NCBI RefSeq assembly: GCF_009914755.1
Contig: NC_060926.1
Length of the DNA stretch: 64,000 nucleotides
Direction: 5' to 3' (one strand)
Origin: the human T2T-CHM13v2.0 reference genome, Homo sapiens
Position numbers and translations under genes: made by a program
Shown here: positions 29,343 through 41,839 of the stretch, one piece after another
How the letters are laid out: every line of letters begins with the position of its first letter
Numbering within the stretch: position 1 is the stretch's first letter
The notes under the pieces: generated by a model
Database searches by the model: none
The model's input: the letters and a program-made list of their open reading frames with translations, nothing else
Told to the model about the DNA's origin: nothing

Positions 29343-30474
29343 CAATGAATGAGAAAAAAATAAACTGGTAAGTATGAACAATTATTAATTCTCAGAAACT
29401 TTAAAAAATTGATAAAATAATATAGAATGTAAGAAACAAAAAAATTCACAATTTCTAAAAAAATAAAAAGAAAAGAGAAAGGACTCTAGACTACTATAGA
29501 ACCCAACAGTGGGTTTTCCAGTTTTTGTCTCTGTATTATGTGTACTCTGTATTTTGGTATCTTTATGTGAACTTAAATATAAATAGTATAAGCTAAAACA
29601 AATTTTTTATACATATAGATGAGAGAAGGATTTCCAGAACCAACAGTTGGAAACAAGTTTCAAAAATTGTGGCTATTAAATGATCTTCAGGAGAAGAGAA
29701 AAGATAATGATCTACACATTCACGTATATATTGCAAGTTTTATTTTCCCTAAGTTGACATTAGAAAGCCACCTTAAGGTTACCTGTAGGTTAATTATTAT
29801 ATTTCATTAATTTTGCCACTTAATTGATTATAAGACTCATCACTAATTCATGTATGATTATGAACACAAAAAATTTGGAAATTTAATCATAAATATGGCT
29901 GCTTTGTTTCTGAACCCTCCTGCATAATCAAACATTTCATTTAAAAAATGACTCAGTGTAATCTTTCTGATGCCATTTTAAAAAGCAATTAAACTCAATA
30001 TATATATAGTAACAATGCAGCACACAGAACAATTGCAATGAAGAAAAAAATAGCAATTATCAAGTCTGTGAACATGAAGGCAATGAAAACAATTTTATGG
30101 CTCCTGATTGGCTAACAAAGATTTTAAGACATCAATAAGATAAAAATCCATTTTATGTTTGATATTTGAAACAATGTGAATCTTACAAAAATCAATGAAA
30201 TACAGTATGTCGTATTTTACTTGCAGCCCACTGCCATCTTCAGGACTTACTCCTTCCAGTTAAAAATGTTGGTCCAAAGAAAAGAGGAAAAAAAAAAAAA
30301 AGAATAGATTGTATTTATGCTGTGTTGTCGGTCAGACAACACACATGTAAGTATAGGAACACCTAAATTCAACTGCTTGTGGAATTTAATTGCAGAATAG
30401 TTCCTGTTTTACGCATTGCTCCCAGACCCCAATTGTCACCTTTACTGTTTATATTTGATAGAGGGAAAGTTTGT

Positions 30475-30960
30475 CAGGTATTGGCAAGCTACAGCCCCTT
30501 TTCCTCTACTTGTTTCTGTAGAGTTGGAGAGCTTTGAATTATTTTTATACTTTTAAATGGTTGAAAAAGGTAAAATAAGAATATTGGATGTGAAAAAAAA
30601 ATTTAAATTTTAGTGTCCATAAATAAAGCTTTATTAGGCTGAGCATGATGGCGCATGCCTGTAATCCCAGTTACTTGGGAGCCTGAAGCACAAGAATTGT
30701 TTGAACCTGGAAGCTGAAGGTTCTAGTGGGCCAAGATTGAGAGATTGAGCCAATTTATCCAGTCTGGGTGACAGAACAAGAACTTGCCTGAAAAAAAAAA
30801 AAAAAGGAAAGAAAAGCTTTATTAGAACCAAGCCCCACCTATGTATTTACTTATTGTCTGGCTGCTTTAGCACTGTAACAGCAGCATTTAGTTGCTGCCA
30901 TAAAAAGCATATATGGCCTGTAAAACCTAATCTTTTCCAGAACAAGTTTTTGCATACCTG
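30475..30960 (+). mobile_element. MER58B (hAT-Charlie), interrupted by an Alu monomer
   Basis: caggtattggcaagctac...ttttaaatggttgaaaa...gtgtccataaataaag | ...tatggcctgtaaaacctaa...atacctg. Confidence 0.8.
30637..30812 (+). mobile_element. Alu right-arm monomer (FRAM-like)
   Basis: Single right arm plus poly(A). 12-bp TSD AAAGCTTTATTA at 30625-30636 and 30813-30824. Confidence 0.85.
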
Positions 30961-31099
30961 CTCTACGTAAGTTTCTCATGACCTCTGTTTATTTGGTGCA
31001 AATTATATTACAACAGGATGACAGTTTGGAATTTTAGTAATTTTCTGTTTTCTAGTTAATAAAGGTATCCTCCCTTCAAATTTTTACTTGTGTTCAATT

Positions 31100-31590
31100 T
31101 TGCTAATTTCAGTATATTGAAATATGCCAATGTGCTCTTTTTCTTGTATCTTTCTTGGAACTCATACTTGTAATTTTCTAAATAGACTAGAATTACCATA
31201 ATCACCTCTTCTTTGACCCATGAGATATTTAGAAGAGCTTTCCATCTTTCTGGGTTTTTCAGATGGTTTTTTTTTTTTTTTGCCTTTTCTTCTGTTGTTT
31301 TTAATCTTGCATATGTTGCCCTGAACTCAGAAAACATGGTGTATATAATTTCTAACCCTGTAAAAATGATATATAATCCTTTTTTGAAAACCAATGAGAA
31401 ATTTTAAAAAGAATGTACATTTTTAGCCATGTACAGAGTTTCAATATATGTCATTTAGAAATCTTAAAATAAATTCATATTCATTATATATGATTACCAA
31501 ATACTTTTATTCTTATTTTTTGCATAATTCATCTGTCAAAAGTGGAAGGTGCTGTCTTAACACTTCTGACTAAACTCATTTTAATAGAGG
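31100..31590 (-). mobile_element. Ancient L1M ORF2 fragment
   Basis: ttctttgacccatgagatatttagaagag...tcagaaaacatggtgtatataatttc. Confidence 0.6.
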
Positions 31591-31614
31591 TTTAGATACA
31601 TAAATGATTTTTAA

Positions 31615-32240
31615 AATTCACTCAGCAAATATTTCAGGAGCACCTAATCTGTACCCCTTAAATACAGAATACCTGCTATTATGAAGTGCTCATGATGGGA
31701 AGTATTTTATGGAAACCAAAAGAAAGTGAAACAAACTCTTTATATACTATATAGTTTTATTTCAATTCATGTAAGGGCTGTAAAGGAGACATAGGGTACT
31801 TTAGATGTGCAATAATGGAATTTACCTGAAAAGTCAGAACATTTTTTCCTTTTTGTTTTTGTGTTAGGTGCTATGTAATCTACGGTTTCCTAGGACTTGT
31901 GTGTTGAGGAAAAGATGGTGGCAGAATGAGAATTACAGACCAAGGAAAAGCAAAAGTGTGAAGGCCTTGAGCAAGGAGGAGCATGAAACTTCAGAAATGA
32001 AAGCAAGTAAAGAGGGTTGGAGTGGAGAGAGAAAGGAGAGAATGACAGCACACAAGGCTAATTCTCTGCCTGGAAGACAGGCTAAGGATTCTGGATTGTT
32101 TCCCAAGAACAAGTGAACAGTTTTAAGAAACAATATGATCCATTTTTCCCCCTATTTCAAATAAATCCGTTTGCAATGTGCAGGATGGTTTGGAGAAGAC
32201 AGGCAAGACTTGATGTCAGAAGACTATTCAGGGGCTAAAG
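31615..32240 (-). mobile_element. L2 fragment(s)
   Basis: attcactcagcaaatatttcaggagcaccta...gtgaaggccttgagc...ggctaaggattctggattgttt. Confidence 0.65.
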
Positions 32241-32349
32241 CTCTACTACCATTTATAAATGAAGGGAGTTATTCTCATTTAAGTCTCTGAAATTGAGATG
32301 TACCTACTTAAAAATTAATATTGTTATCCCTTTTATTTTTCTGTGGTCG

Positions 32350-33106
32350 TGAAACAAATTTGCAAAGATTATGACAGTGAGAAGTATAGTGTGGCTGATT
32401 CTTTTTTACTTCTATCCTCACAGGTTGTCTATCCTTGCTCATTCCTGAGTATAGGCCAAGCTAACCATAGGAGGAATTTATAGAGTAACTTTGAAGCAAG
32501 GATGACAACAGTCTCTTCCTAAAACTAACCCCCTCCTTGAGGGACTGACATCACCTTTGTAAAACTAATTAAAACCACATAATTAGGATTATGGAGAGGG
32601 CTAAATTCTGCTAAGATGTAGGCATAGTTTCTATAATCCCTTACTAGCCATGAGTCATGTGGCCTGAGGTCACAAGATTTGTGACTTCACCAATTGCTCC
32701 TATATAAAAAATCACTATTGTAGAACCTAATATTGACATTTTAATTTGTTTTTCATACTTTTGCTTTCTGGTAATTGACCCCACCTAGACCCATGACTCA
32801 TGACTCAACTGGTCCTGTGGCCACCCCACCCAGAGGTGGACTAAGCACAAGAGGACCTTTTCTCACACCTCTGTGAGTTCATACTAAACCAATGAGCAGT
32901 ACCCATTCTCTAGGTCTCTGCTCACTAAATTATTAAAACTTTAGCCTCTGAGTTCTCGGGGAGGTAGATTTGAACAATAACCAAGTCTTATGCTTACACT
33001 TGGTCAGCCTTGCATTAATTAAACTCTTTCTCTACTGCAATAGTATGGTCTCAGTGAATTGGTTTTATCTGTGCACCAGGCAGGAAAAATCTGTTGGGCA
33101 ATTACA
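32350..33106 (+). mobile_element. Solo ERV1 LTR8B-like
   Basis: tgaaac...tttgcaaagattatgacagtgaga...gaggtcacaagatttgtgacttc...tgactcatgactcaac...gggcaattaca. Confidence 0.88.
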
Positions 33107-33199
33107 GATCCCTAATGAGTTTACCCTGAATTTTCTGTTTATTTTTCTGTGCTTCCAGATAAGTCATGATTTCCTTAAAAAGCATATCGTTGATGAGTG

Positions 33200-33560
33200 T
33201 ATACTTTTATGTAAATAATATTGTGTTATCTCATCTTGTGTTGTTGTACCTAACTGCTGTTTTCCTCTATATGAATCAACCTTATTTATTCTGCTAATTA
33301 TGGACTACCAACCCACTGAGCCCAATCATAAAAAGTACCTCAGTAACCATAATCATTCATACCCTTGAAAGGAGCTGTGTGAGATTTTCTTTGCAGTATA
33401 TATCCAGAATCAAATTTCAGTTGCATAGTCTGTTTGTGTATCTCCTGACTGCCTACCATGGCCTACTTTCCATGAGAAATGGATGAGGGTTTTTATATTC
33501 TCACAGCTCACCGACACTTCATATTATTTAGTTTTCTAAATTTTATAATATATTTAAATG
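33200..33560 (-). mobile_element. Ancient L1ME fragment
   Basis: gagattttctttgcagtatatatccaga...gatgagggtttttatattctcacagctcaccgacacttcatattatt. Confidence 0.55.
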
Positions 33561-33706
33561 ATAACTTTAAATAGAAGTTGTATATTTTTCAAACATACCT
33601 AAAAATACAAAGACTAAAACTGGCCTCCTGCAGTAAATAGTTACTTATGCTTGCTTTATTTAAATTTTTAAAATTATTATGCTAAAATGTTTAATTCAAA
33701 TCTCGG

Positions 33707-34089
33707 AGTACTAGTTTTTCATTGCTGGTGTGAAATATTACCACAAATTTAGAGGCTTAAACTAGCAAAGATTTATTACCTTATAATTCTGGAGGTCAGA
33801 AGTCCAAAATGAGTCTCCCACAGATAAAATCAGGGTGTTGACAGGGCTATATAATATCACCCTGACACTGCATGTTTACCTCTTTTACATTTAAAGGACC
33901 TTGTGATTACATTGGGCCCACCCAAATAACCCAGAATAATCTTTTTATTTTAAAGTGACCTTATTAGCAACCTTAATTTCACATGTAGCCTTAATTATCC
34001 TTTTTCATTGTAGCGCAACATATTCACAGTTGAGAAAGGGACTTTTAGGATACAGACAACTTTGGAGGGCCATTATTCTGCCTGCCACA
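33707..34089 (-). mobile_element. MaLR LTR, MLT1D-like, internally deleted
   Basis: ttaccacaaatttagaggcttaaac...ttctggaggtcagaagtccaaaatg...gattacattgggcccacc...ggccattattctgcctgccaca. Confidence 0.8.
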
Positions 34090-37000
34090 GAGATATCATC
34101 CATAAGTGACTCGTCTCTAAAAATTAAAGGTATGTTGTTATGTACCCACAGTACCAGCAATTTTTTTTAAATCAGGATCCAAATAAGATCTACCTACTGT
34201 TGTTTAGTTACGTCACATGAGTAATTTTTAATGTATATAAGGCTTATCATGTCCACTTTTTCTCATGCAATTGATTTGTTGAAAATATCCAGTCTACCGT
34301 TACAGAATATACCACTTTATGAATTGTTTTTCTCCTGTTTCCTCGTGTTGAGATTTAAGATGTTCTTTTTGTTTTTAATCTCAAGCTGGAGCTAAAAGCC
34401 AAAGGCGATTCAAGATTAATGTATCTGAGAAAAATACTCGTCAGATGATCCAATACATTTCACATTATATCATATTAGGAGAATCATAACATATTCTTGC
34501 TCCACTGTGTTGAAGGTTTTGCCATTTATTTATATGGTTGAAATTTGCCCACTAACAATAGCCATTTTATTACCTCCACCTTGCCACCACTAGAAATCTT
34601 GGTGGATTTCTAACACATGATCCACCCACCTATTATCCGAGTGTTTTCCCCACTACCGCATTTAATGACTCCTAGACAATTTCCTTTTCTTAATTTGGTC
34701 TTATCTGAACTATATTTTTATAAGTCTTGTTTGAAATTTTTGGTTGGCAGATGATGTCCTTGCCAGTTTCCCAGTACTGATATAGAACCTCATATATGTA
34801 TTTACATATATGAGAATACACACACACATACACTTTTACCATTTTGAGAGAGTATGACTAAGTTGATTAGAAGTTTTTCTGTAATGATTTGTAAAGAGAA
34901 ATGACAGTACTTGTGATTTTAGTAGATAATGATTGAGAATATAGTAAAAAGGCAGTATTAGTAAATCTTAAATATATGTGAATCTGTTTAATTCACATGT
35001 AACATTCACATGCTTTTTAAAATTAGCAATTCATGTTATACTAGACATTTAAATATTCTAAAAATGTTTGATGCCTACATGGATTTATGAACTCCTTGCA
35101 ACAACTGATGGCCCCTGCTCTTCAGAAGACTAAACTTCAGAGTAGAGAACACGGCTTTAAGGAATATGACTTCCAATTTGGAATTTCAGTGGGACTTATT
35201 ATCTGAATTAATTCTTAATCTCTAGGCTATGGAAGTACAATTGAAAATTTGCACATTAATACTTAAGTGATTCATAAAATGAATTCCTTTTTCGGCAACT
35301 AAATACCTAGAGGTGTAAAATATTTACCATATTTTTTCAAATTATCCGTGTTGTACTCATAAAGGACTGTATTTTCAAAAAGGATTCATTTCATTATTCA
35401 ATAAGTGTTTTATTCATCTTTGACTATATATCTCTTATTGTTATATGTTAGGGATACAGTTGTGAGGAAATAGATACTGTTATATTGTTCTTGAATATAG
35501 AACTTGTAGTTAATTCTATGAAATTGATTTTCTATACATTAGCCAGGATAAGATAGGAATAATTTTGGCATTAAGGGAATTCTGTTATTTGGAACAGTTT
35601 TAGAGAGCCTGCATATTACTTTTGACCATTACCTGTGAGTAACAGACACCAGTAAATGAATAGTAGCTTAAATTTTACAAAATGTTTATTTTTGTCATCT
35701 GGAGGAATCAGTCAGTCCAGTTGCTGGTGTGGCTCCCTACCACCTAAAGAACCAACAGTTAGTTTTTTTCAGCTTAAACACTTGAACCTGTGGTTGAACC
35801 CTGTCAGAATGATCAAGGGATATCCAATGGGAATTAGTTACTATATAATTTTGGAAAGAGCTGGGAAGTAAATGTCCAGGAGAAAGTTGAGAGACCATAG
35901 AAAAAGTAGGTAGAAAGGCCTATGAAAAACCTTGTTTCTGCGTAGCTACCATCTTTATGGGTCTATTGCCAAACTTCTGAAAGGGCCTAGAGCTGCTGCT
36001 GGTTAATTGGGGTGGGGTTTGAGAAGGTAGACACATAGAAGAAGGGAGTGGGAGAGGAACCCACTGGCACCTCTGCATCTGCCTGTTACAGCAAGTGACC
36101 CTGGTGACCATCCAAGAATAAGAGCTGCTGCCTAAGTGCCCTCCCTCAAATGTATTGTGAATTCTTTTGGACAACTCTAACCCAGAACCATGCAGAAAAG
36201 ATGATTCTGGGAAACTAAACCGAATTAACATAATACAAAAAACTCAGAGGTAGAAAAACCTAGTCAGGTCCTCAAAAGCAAAACACAGGGCAGAGAATAT
36301 TCATTTGGATGCTAAAAAGTCACTTAAACCGTTGGTCTGTGTAGGTTCACTATTGTGAGAAAACTTGGGAAAATAAGATTAAGGTAAATTGTCAAAACTA
36401 TTGTGAAATTAGCAAAAAGGAGAGTGTTTTAAATATATAGGTAAAATGTAAAGAAAATGTTGAGTATCATGGTAATATTAGGAATCAATTTATAAAATTT
36501 AGCTAGTGACCTCTGGGTTCCTTTTCCCTTTTAATCTTCATTTTAAATTATTGAAAAAACTGAATTCAGAACTATTTTGCCTTTTTTAGATGCATATACT
36601 ATGTGGATGAGTTTAGGGAATGAGAACTGAAGAGTGTATTGGCCAGTGATGGAGTATGTGTTCCCAAGGCACTTGGCAAATGCTTTGAGGGAAATTACTT
36701 TGTTCTTATTCAGACAGATACCATCATGTTCTCCCTAAATAAAATGCCTATAACAAGTCATTTGTGTGTGAAGAAAAGGGATTGTCAGTATCGAATAGGA
36801 AGCAAACGTTTTCAAGATTTATTAAAATAATGGTTAAACTGTGAAGAGACACACATTGGTGCAATATTTTCCTGGTAGCTCAGATGAACTTTGCATGCAG
36901 AGAACCAATTGGCTGTACTTATATCTATCCAAGAATACCATGTAATTAGGAAAATGCCTACAGCTCCTAAGAGAGGATGGATGGGAGCTTGCCATCCAGA

Positions 37001-37209
37001 AACTAGGTTTATAAAAAGCAGGTTCTCACTGGGTTCGCCTTTGAAAGAAAATACCCTTCAGTAAAGCTGCCTTCCTTTCCACAGTCATCTGGCACTATTC
37101 CATACTGCAGTTTCTGAAGAATATCCTACAGAGTAGGCAGCAACAAAATAGACACAGTCTCTACCTGTGGACATTAAGAAAAATATAAAATTTCAACCTT
37201 ACTAAGTTT

Positions 37210-37510
37210 TGTGGCAGAAACTTCTAGTTGTCTAAAAATGTCTTATACCCTTCCTCAATAGAAAAATAGCCCCAGATTTGATAGCTGGGCACATGTCTGC
37301 CTGAATACTACGTTTTTCAGCTTCCCTTAGAGCTCGATGCGATCATGCAAGTAAGTTCTGCTAACAAGACGAAAGCAGAAGTGGTTAGGGCAATTTTCAA
37401 TGTGCCCTTTGAGGAAAGGGTGTTCCCTTTTCATTTCACCTTCTAGTCAGGTGCAAATATGGGTATCTTATACTAGGAGGTTACATTAGGAATGGATACT
37501 AATTATACAG
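37210..37510 (+). mobile_element. ERVL LTR33-like fragment
   Basis: tgtggcagaaacttctagttgtc...agctgggcacatg...cagcttcccttagagct...aagttctg. Confidence 0.7.
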
Positions 37511-37513
37511 CTA

Positions 37514-37811
37514 CAGTCATGTGTCATAACAATGTTTTGGTTGGTGATGGATTATTTTTTCCATGTATAGATATATTTAGATACACAGATGCTGGCCACT
37601 GTGTTAGAATTCCCTACAGTATTCAGTACAGTAATATGCTGTACAAGTATGTAGCCTAGGAACAATAGGTTAGGTCATATAGCCTAGGCATATAGTAGGC
37701 TATACCATCTAGGTATGAGTAAATAAATTCTCTTATGTTGGCACAATGATGAAATCCCCCTAACAATGCCTTTCTCAGAAGGCATTTCCAGCTTTAAGTA
37801 ATGCATAACTA
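37514..37811 (+). mobile_element. Tigger3a/MER7-type MITE
   Basis: cagtcatg...cctacagtattcagtacagtaa...gtagcctagg...taggctataccatctagg...tttctcagaa. Confidence 0.85.
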
Positions 37812-37838
37812 TAATAAGCTAAAAAGAGCCTAGATTTC

Positions 37839-38354
37839 TGTGGCAGATGACTGCAACTATGTTACCACTGCCCCCATCAATAAGTGCAATCTATTTTCCA
37901 CTCTCTTCAGTGTGAGCTGGTCTTAGAGCTTCCTTTAACCAAGACAACGTGGTGGAGGTGACTCTAACTTCCAACATCAAGCTGTAAAAGACTTACAGCT
38001 TTCAGCTTTGGCCCTTCTGCAAAACTCCTGTTGGAAATGTAGTTGTCATGTAAAAATCTTATTACCCTGAGATTACTATTCTTTTAGAGAGCCCAAGATA
38101 AACATGTTACAGGCAACATAGAAAGAGAGATGACCAGCAAACCCCTAGCTGCTTGAGTTACACACGAGGCACAAAACATGTGAGTGCGAAATATCCCTGG
38201 GACATTCTACCCCTAGCATACACCATGAGCAGCAGAACCACTAACAAACTGTATCTGGTCCAGGATAAAGAATTATAAAAAATAATAGAATTGTTGTGGC
38301 TTTAAGCCACTAAATGTTGGAATGGTTTGTTATGCAGTATGGATAACAGATACT
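37839..38354 (+). mobile_element. MaLR LTR, MLT1G/H-like
   Basis: tgtggcagatgactgcaa...catgtgagtg...tttaagccactaaatgttggaatggtttgttatgcag. Confidence 0.75.
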
Positions 38355-38442
38355 GTCTAGTCTGTATTCTACTCATCTGATAGAACTCCGGTTTCCTCTC
38401 TAAACACTACTCAGAGCAGTTCTGCCTAAATCACAGTTTGAC

Positions 38443-38612
38443 TACAGTATTCATTAAGTTACATGAGATATTCAATACTTAATTATAAGATAAACTTTGC
38501 TCAGTTGTAGGCTAATATAAGTTTTCTGAGCACATTTGGGGTAGACTAGGCTAAGCTATGATTTTTGGTATGTCTTAAATATTTAAGTCAAAAATACATT
38601 TACTATACCTAA
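38443..38612 (-). mobile_element. MER47A fragment with a locally inverted terminal piece
   Basis: 38443-38573 is the reverse complement of part of in-window MER47A 23697-24002; 38584-38612 matches it in the forward orientation. Confidence 0.75.
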
Positions 38613-40087
38613 ATGTAAGCTAGGTGTCCATTTAAGTGTAAACTGTAAGCTAAATGTTTGGCTTATAGTTTTAATTTGAAAACATTTTAAAGATTGTATT
38701 GGGAATTTTAGAGAGATGTTTTTACGTTTAATGATTTCACTGTTTTGACTAAATTCACATTTAATTAGTAAGAAGCAAATATATAGATCACATAAATCTT
38801 TTTAATAGTTCTGACATGGTCTATAGAAATGGCCAAAATGTAATATTCTGCTATGTCCAAAAGCTTGAAAATTATCTGTTTTATCTTTATATGTTTGATG
38901 AAAGTCACATAAGTATAATTATTGCGATTGCTGTTCTTTTAGTTTCTGTTATCACATTTTTTCCATCTTATAAATTCTTTTCTGTATTCCTTTGAGTTTT
39001 GTGGTGCTTTGATAACTCTGTCCCATTCTAAGCACAGTCTCTTAGTGCATGGAACTTTCCCCGTCTACCCCATGGAGAAGCAAGAATATTAAGGCATTGA
39101 CAGCAATTTTCCTGCCTAGCTCTATGCGAGGTATGAAAGCATCACATATGGAGAAAAGAACCATATATCAAGTTAACATTCAACAATGTATCATGGTAAA
39201 AGGCAACAAGTGTCTGCAAGGAAGGAATATCCAGTCCTTTTTTAAGATGACATAATATAATAGTTAATGACCCCAAACCTTTAAAAATTCTATCTGATTC
39301 TAAATCCCCTCCTACCTCTTCTTCATTGAATAAAAAAAATCCAAGCCATTCATTCAAATAACATTTAAGATTCAATGGCTATATGAAATATTTCCTATGT
39401 AACATTACTGAATAATATTTTTCTTTGCGTAGACTTTGCCTATCCTTGTGACTCAGTTAATGATAAACTTATCATAAAGTTCTCACTGATCATGATAACC
39501 CCATTTATTTTCCTTCCTATCAACTCCTAGAAATATTATTCATTAATCACTTGGAAATGACTTTATACTGCCTTGATATGTATTTTTTTAACCTATTTTA
39601 AGCTTATGTCCTCAACTAGACTTTGAACTTATTTATTGGAAGAAGTATTAAGTTAAATCTTTGTTTTCTACCACAGAATCTAAGATAGTTTCATATAGTC
39701 ATAAATTAATAGATTTTCTACTTGACAAAAATATAGAGCTCAAGTAAAAAAAGAAGAAAACAAAAAGTAACCCTGAATAGTTAACTTGGAGATAAAACTC
39801 AGCTTGAAGAAAAATAATAACAATGTTTGTGGAGCACATACTATGAACTCAAGTAATTTACACAGTATTTTACATAGTTTTTCATTCAGCTACTTAAATA
39901 TTTGCTGACTTGAAATAAACTCTTTGTATTCAAAATAGCCTGGAATCTAGGTATTTGAAATTATGAAATACTCTAAATTCTCTGATTCCTACATTTTATG
40001 AAAATAAGTTACTTCTTATCTGATAAATAATTTCTTAGAGAACCTTTGAGGACATATTAGAGAATGTACTAAAATTTGGAGGGAAGG

Positions 40088-40468
40088 TGTATTAGTCCAT
40101 TCTCACACTGCTATAAAGAACTACCTGAGACTGGGTAATTTATAAAGAAAAGAAGTTTAATTGACTCAGTTCCACAGGCTGTACAGGAGGCATGGTTGGG
40201 GAGGCCATAGGAAACTCACAAGCATGGCAGAAGGGCAAAGGGGAAGCAAATACATCGTGGCAGGAGGGAGATACAGGTCGATGGTGGTGGGGAAATGCTA
40301 CAAACTTTTCAAACAAGCAGATCTTGTAAGAATTCAGTAACAAGACAGCACTAGAGGGATGGTACTAAACCATTAGAAACCACCCCCATGATACAGTCAC
40401 CAGGCCCAACACTCCAGATCACAATTCAACATGAGATTTGGGTGGGGACACAGAGCCAAACCATATCA
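40088..40468 (-). mobile_element. Solo MaLR LTR, MSTA
   Basis: tgtattagtccattctcacactgctataaagaactacctgagactgggtaatttataaag...gccaaaccatatca. 5-bp TSD GAAGG at 40083-40087 and 40469-40473. Confidence 0.92.
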
Positions 40469-41386
40469 GAAGGCACATTAGGAGATAGCAAAATTTTTAT
40501 ATTGATTCGGCTATTTGGATTATGAAATAAGACATGCAAACCTGCTCCTTAAACTCTGTTTGCTTGTTTTGGTCTAAGCACCAAGTGAAAATATAATTTC
40601 TGTTTGTCTGTTTCTTAAAGTTGACATATCTCTAAATTTTGCCAGAAGCACTCATTTGCAAGTAATGCTCTTCTTATCCTCCTTGTTTGATTTCCATGTC
40701 TCATGATCAAATTCTTATAAGTTATTTTAATGTTACTTTATGTCATGCTATTTGCTTCCTTTAAATCAAGTTTGGTTTCCCAATACTCAGCACTTCTCTA
40801 TCCTTAGGCAATATATTTTCCTAAAAGAGCATAATAGCCAACATTTTCTAACCCCTTTGTGGGTTTTTCAGGACTAAAAATTCATTACAATAGAGTAAGT
40901 GAACTCCTGCATTTTGTGTCCATATTTACCCCACCAAAATATGGATGTTCTGATTAACACATAATACAAATGCTTTATGCTCCAAATAGACACCTGGAGG
41001 TAAGAAGGCACATTTGATTTTATTGCTCAGCATTATGCAAGATGAAAGGGGCATGTGTGTATAATTAAAAAGCTACAAATGTCACTGACTCTGGTCAGAA
41101 GTCTACCTTAAAATAAAAAAATAAAATTAAGGCACTTGTGTATTTTGTGACCTTGTCTACTTGCCAAAATGGAGAGGATTAAAAAAGAAACTGCTGAGCT
41201 GGGAACACAAAGATCTTAGCCAGTGATTTCTTCCTGGCACAGAAAGATCAAAGCAGTACTATTTTTAGGGGTAAGGAATGGCTCCTATTCCAATTTTGTC
41301 TATTTTTATGTTGGTATACTAGATTGAGGGAATCATCTATTAAGATTAAAATACTGAGGTTTGGGTCCTTTTGACAGTAAGATAAC

Positions 41387-41635
41387 TTAGTGTCATGATT
41401 CAGAGCACAGCCATAAGACTCATTCTTCCTGGGTTCAAATTTCAGTTACACTGCTTCCTATCCCTAAAACTTGGGAGGATATTTCATCTTTCTGTGCCTC
41501 ATTTCCCCAGGCATAAACAAGAAATGATAATGGCACCTACCTCCTGGGATTGTTTGAGGATGAAATGGGTAGATATATAAAACAGTTTAGGAGAATGTCA
41601 GGTATACAGTAAGTCCCTATGTGTTAGCTATTGTC
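41387..41635 (+). mobile_element. MIR/MIRb, near full length
   Basis: cctgggttcaaat...tctgtgcctcatttcccc...cacctacctcctgggattgtttgaggatgaaatg...gttagctatt. Confidence 0.85.
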
Positions 41636-41839
41636 ATTCTTGTGTACCCCGACCCCACCCCAGGAATCTTAATTTTCTCAAGTATTCAGATTCATCTTTT
41701 GTTCTCTTTGGTTCCTCATTAAAACTTTAGAGAAAGTCCGGCACATTAAAGGGAAAAAAACTAAGTAAAGAATTAGCACCATATTTAACAGGCACTCTAT
41801 TAGGTGACTTTAATAAGCTTTTAAAAATAACTATTATGA

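Noticed and set aside
35640-36200. Possible old MLT1J/K or other LTR remnants
   Set aside because: Too degenerate to assign a family or boundaries by eye.
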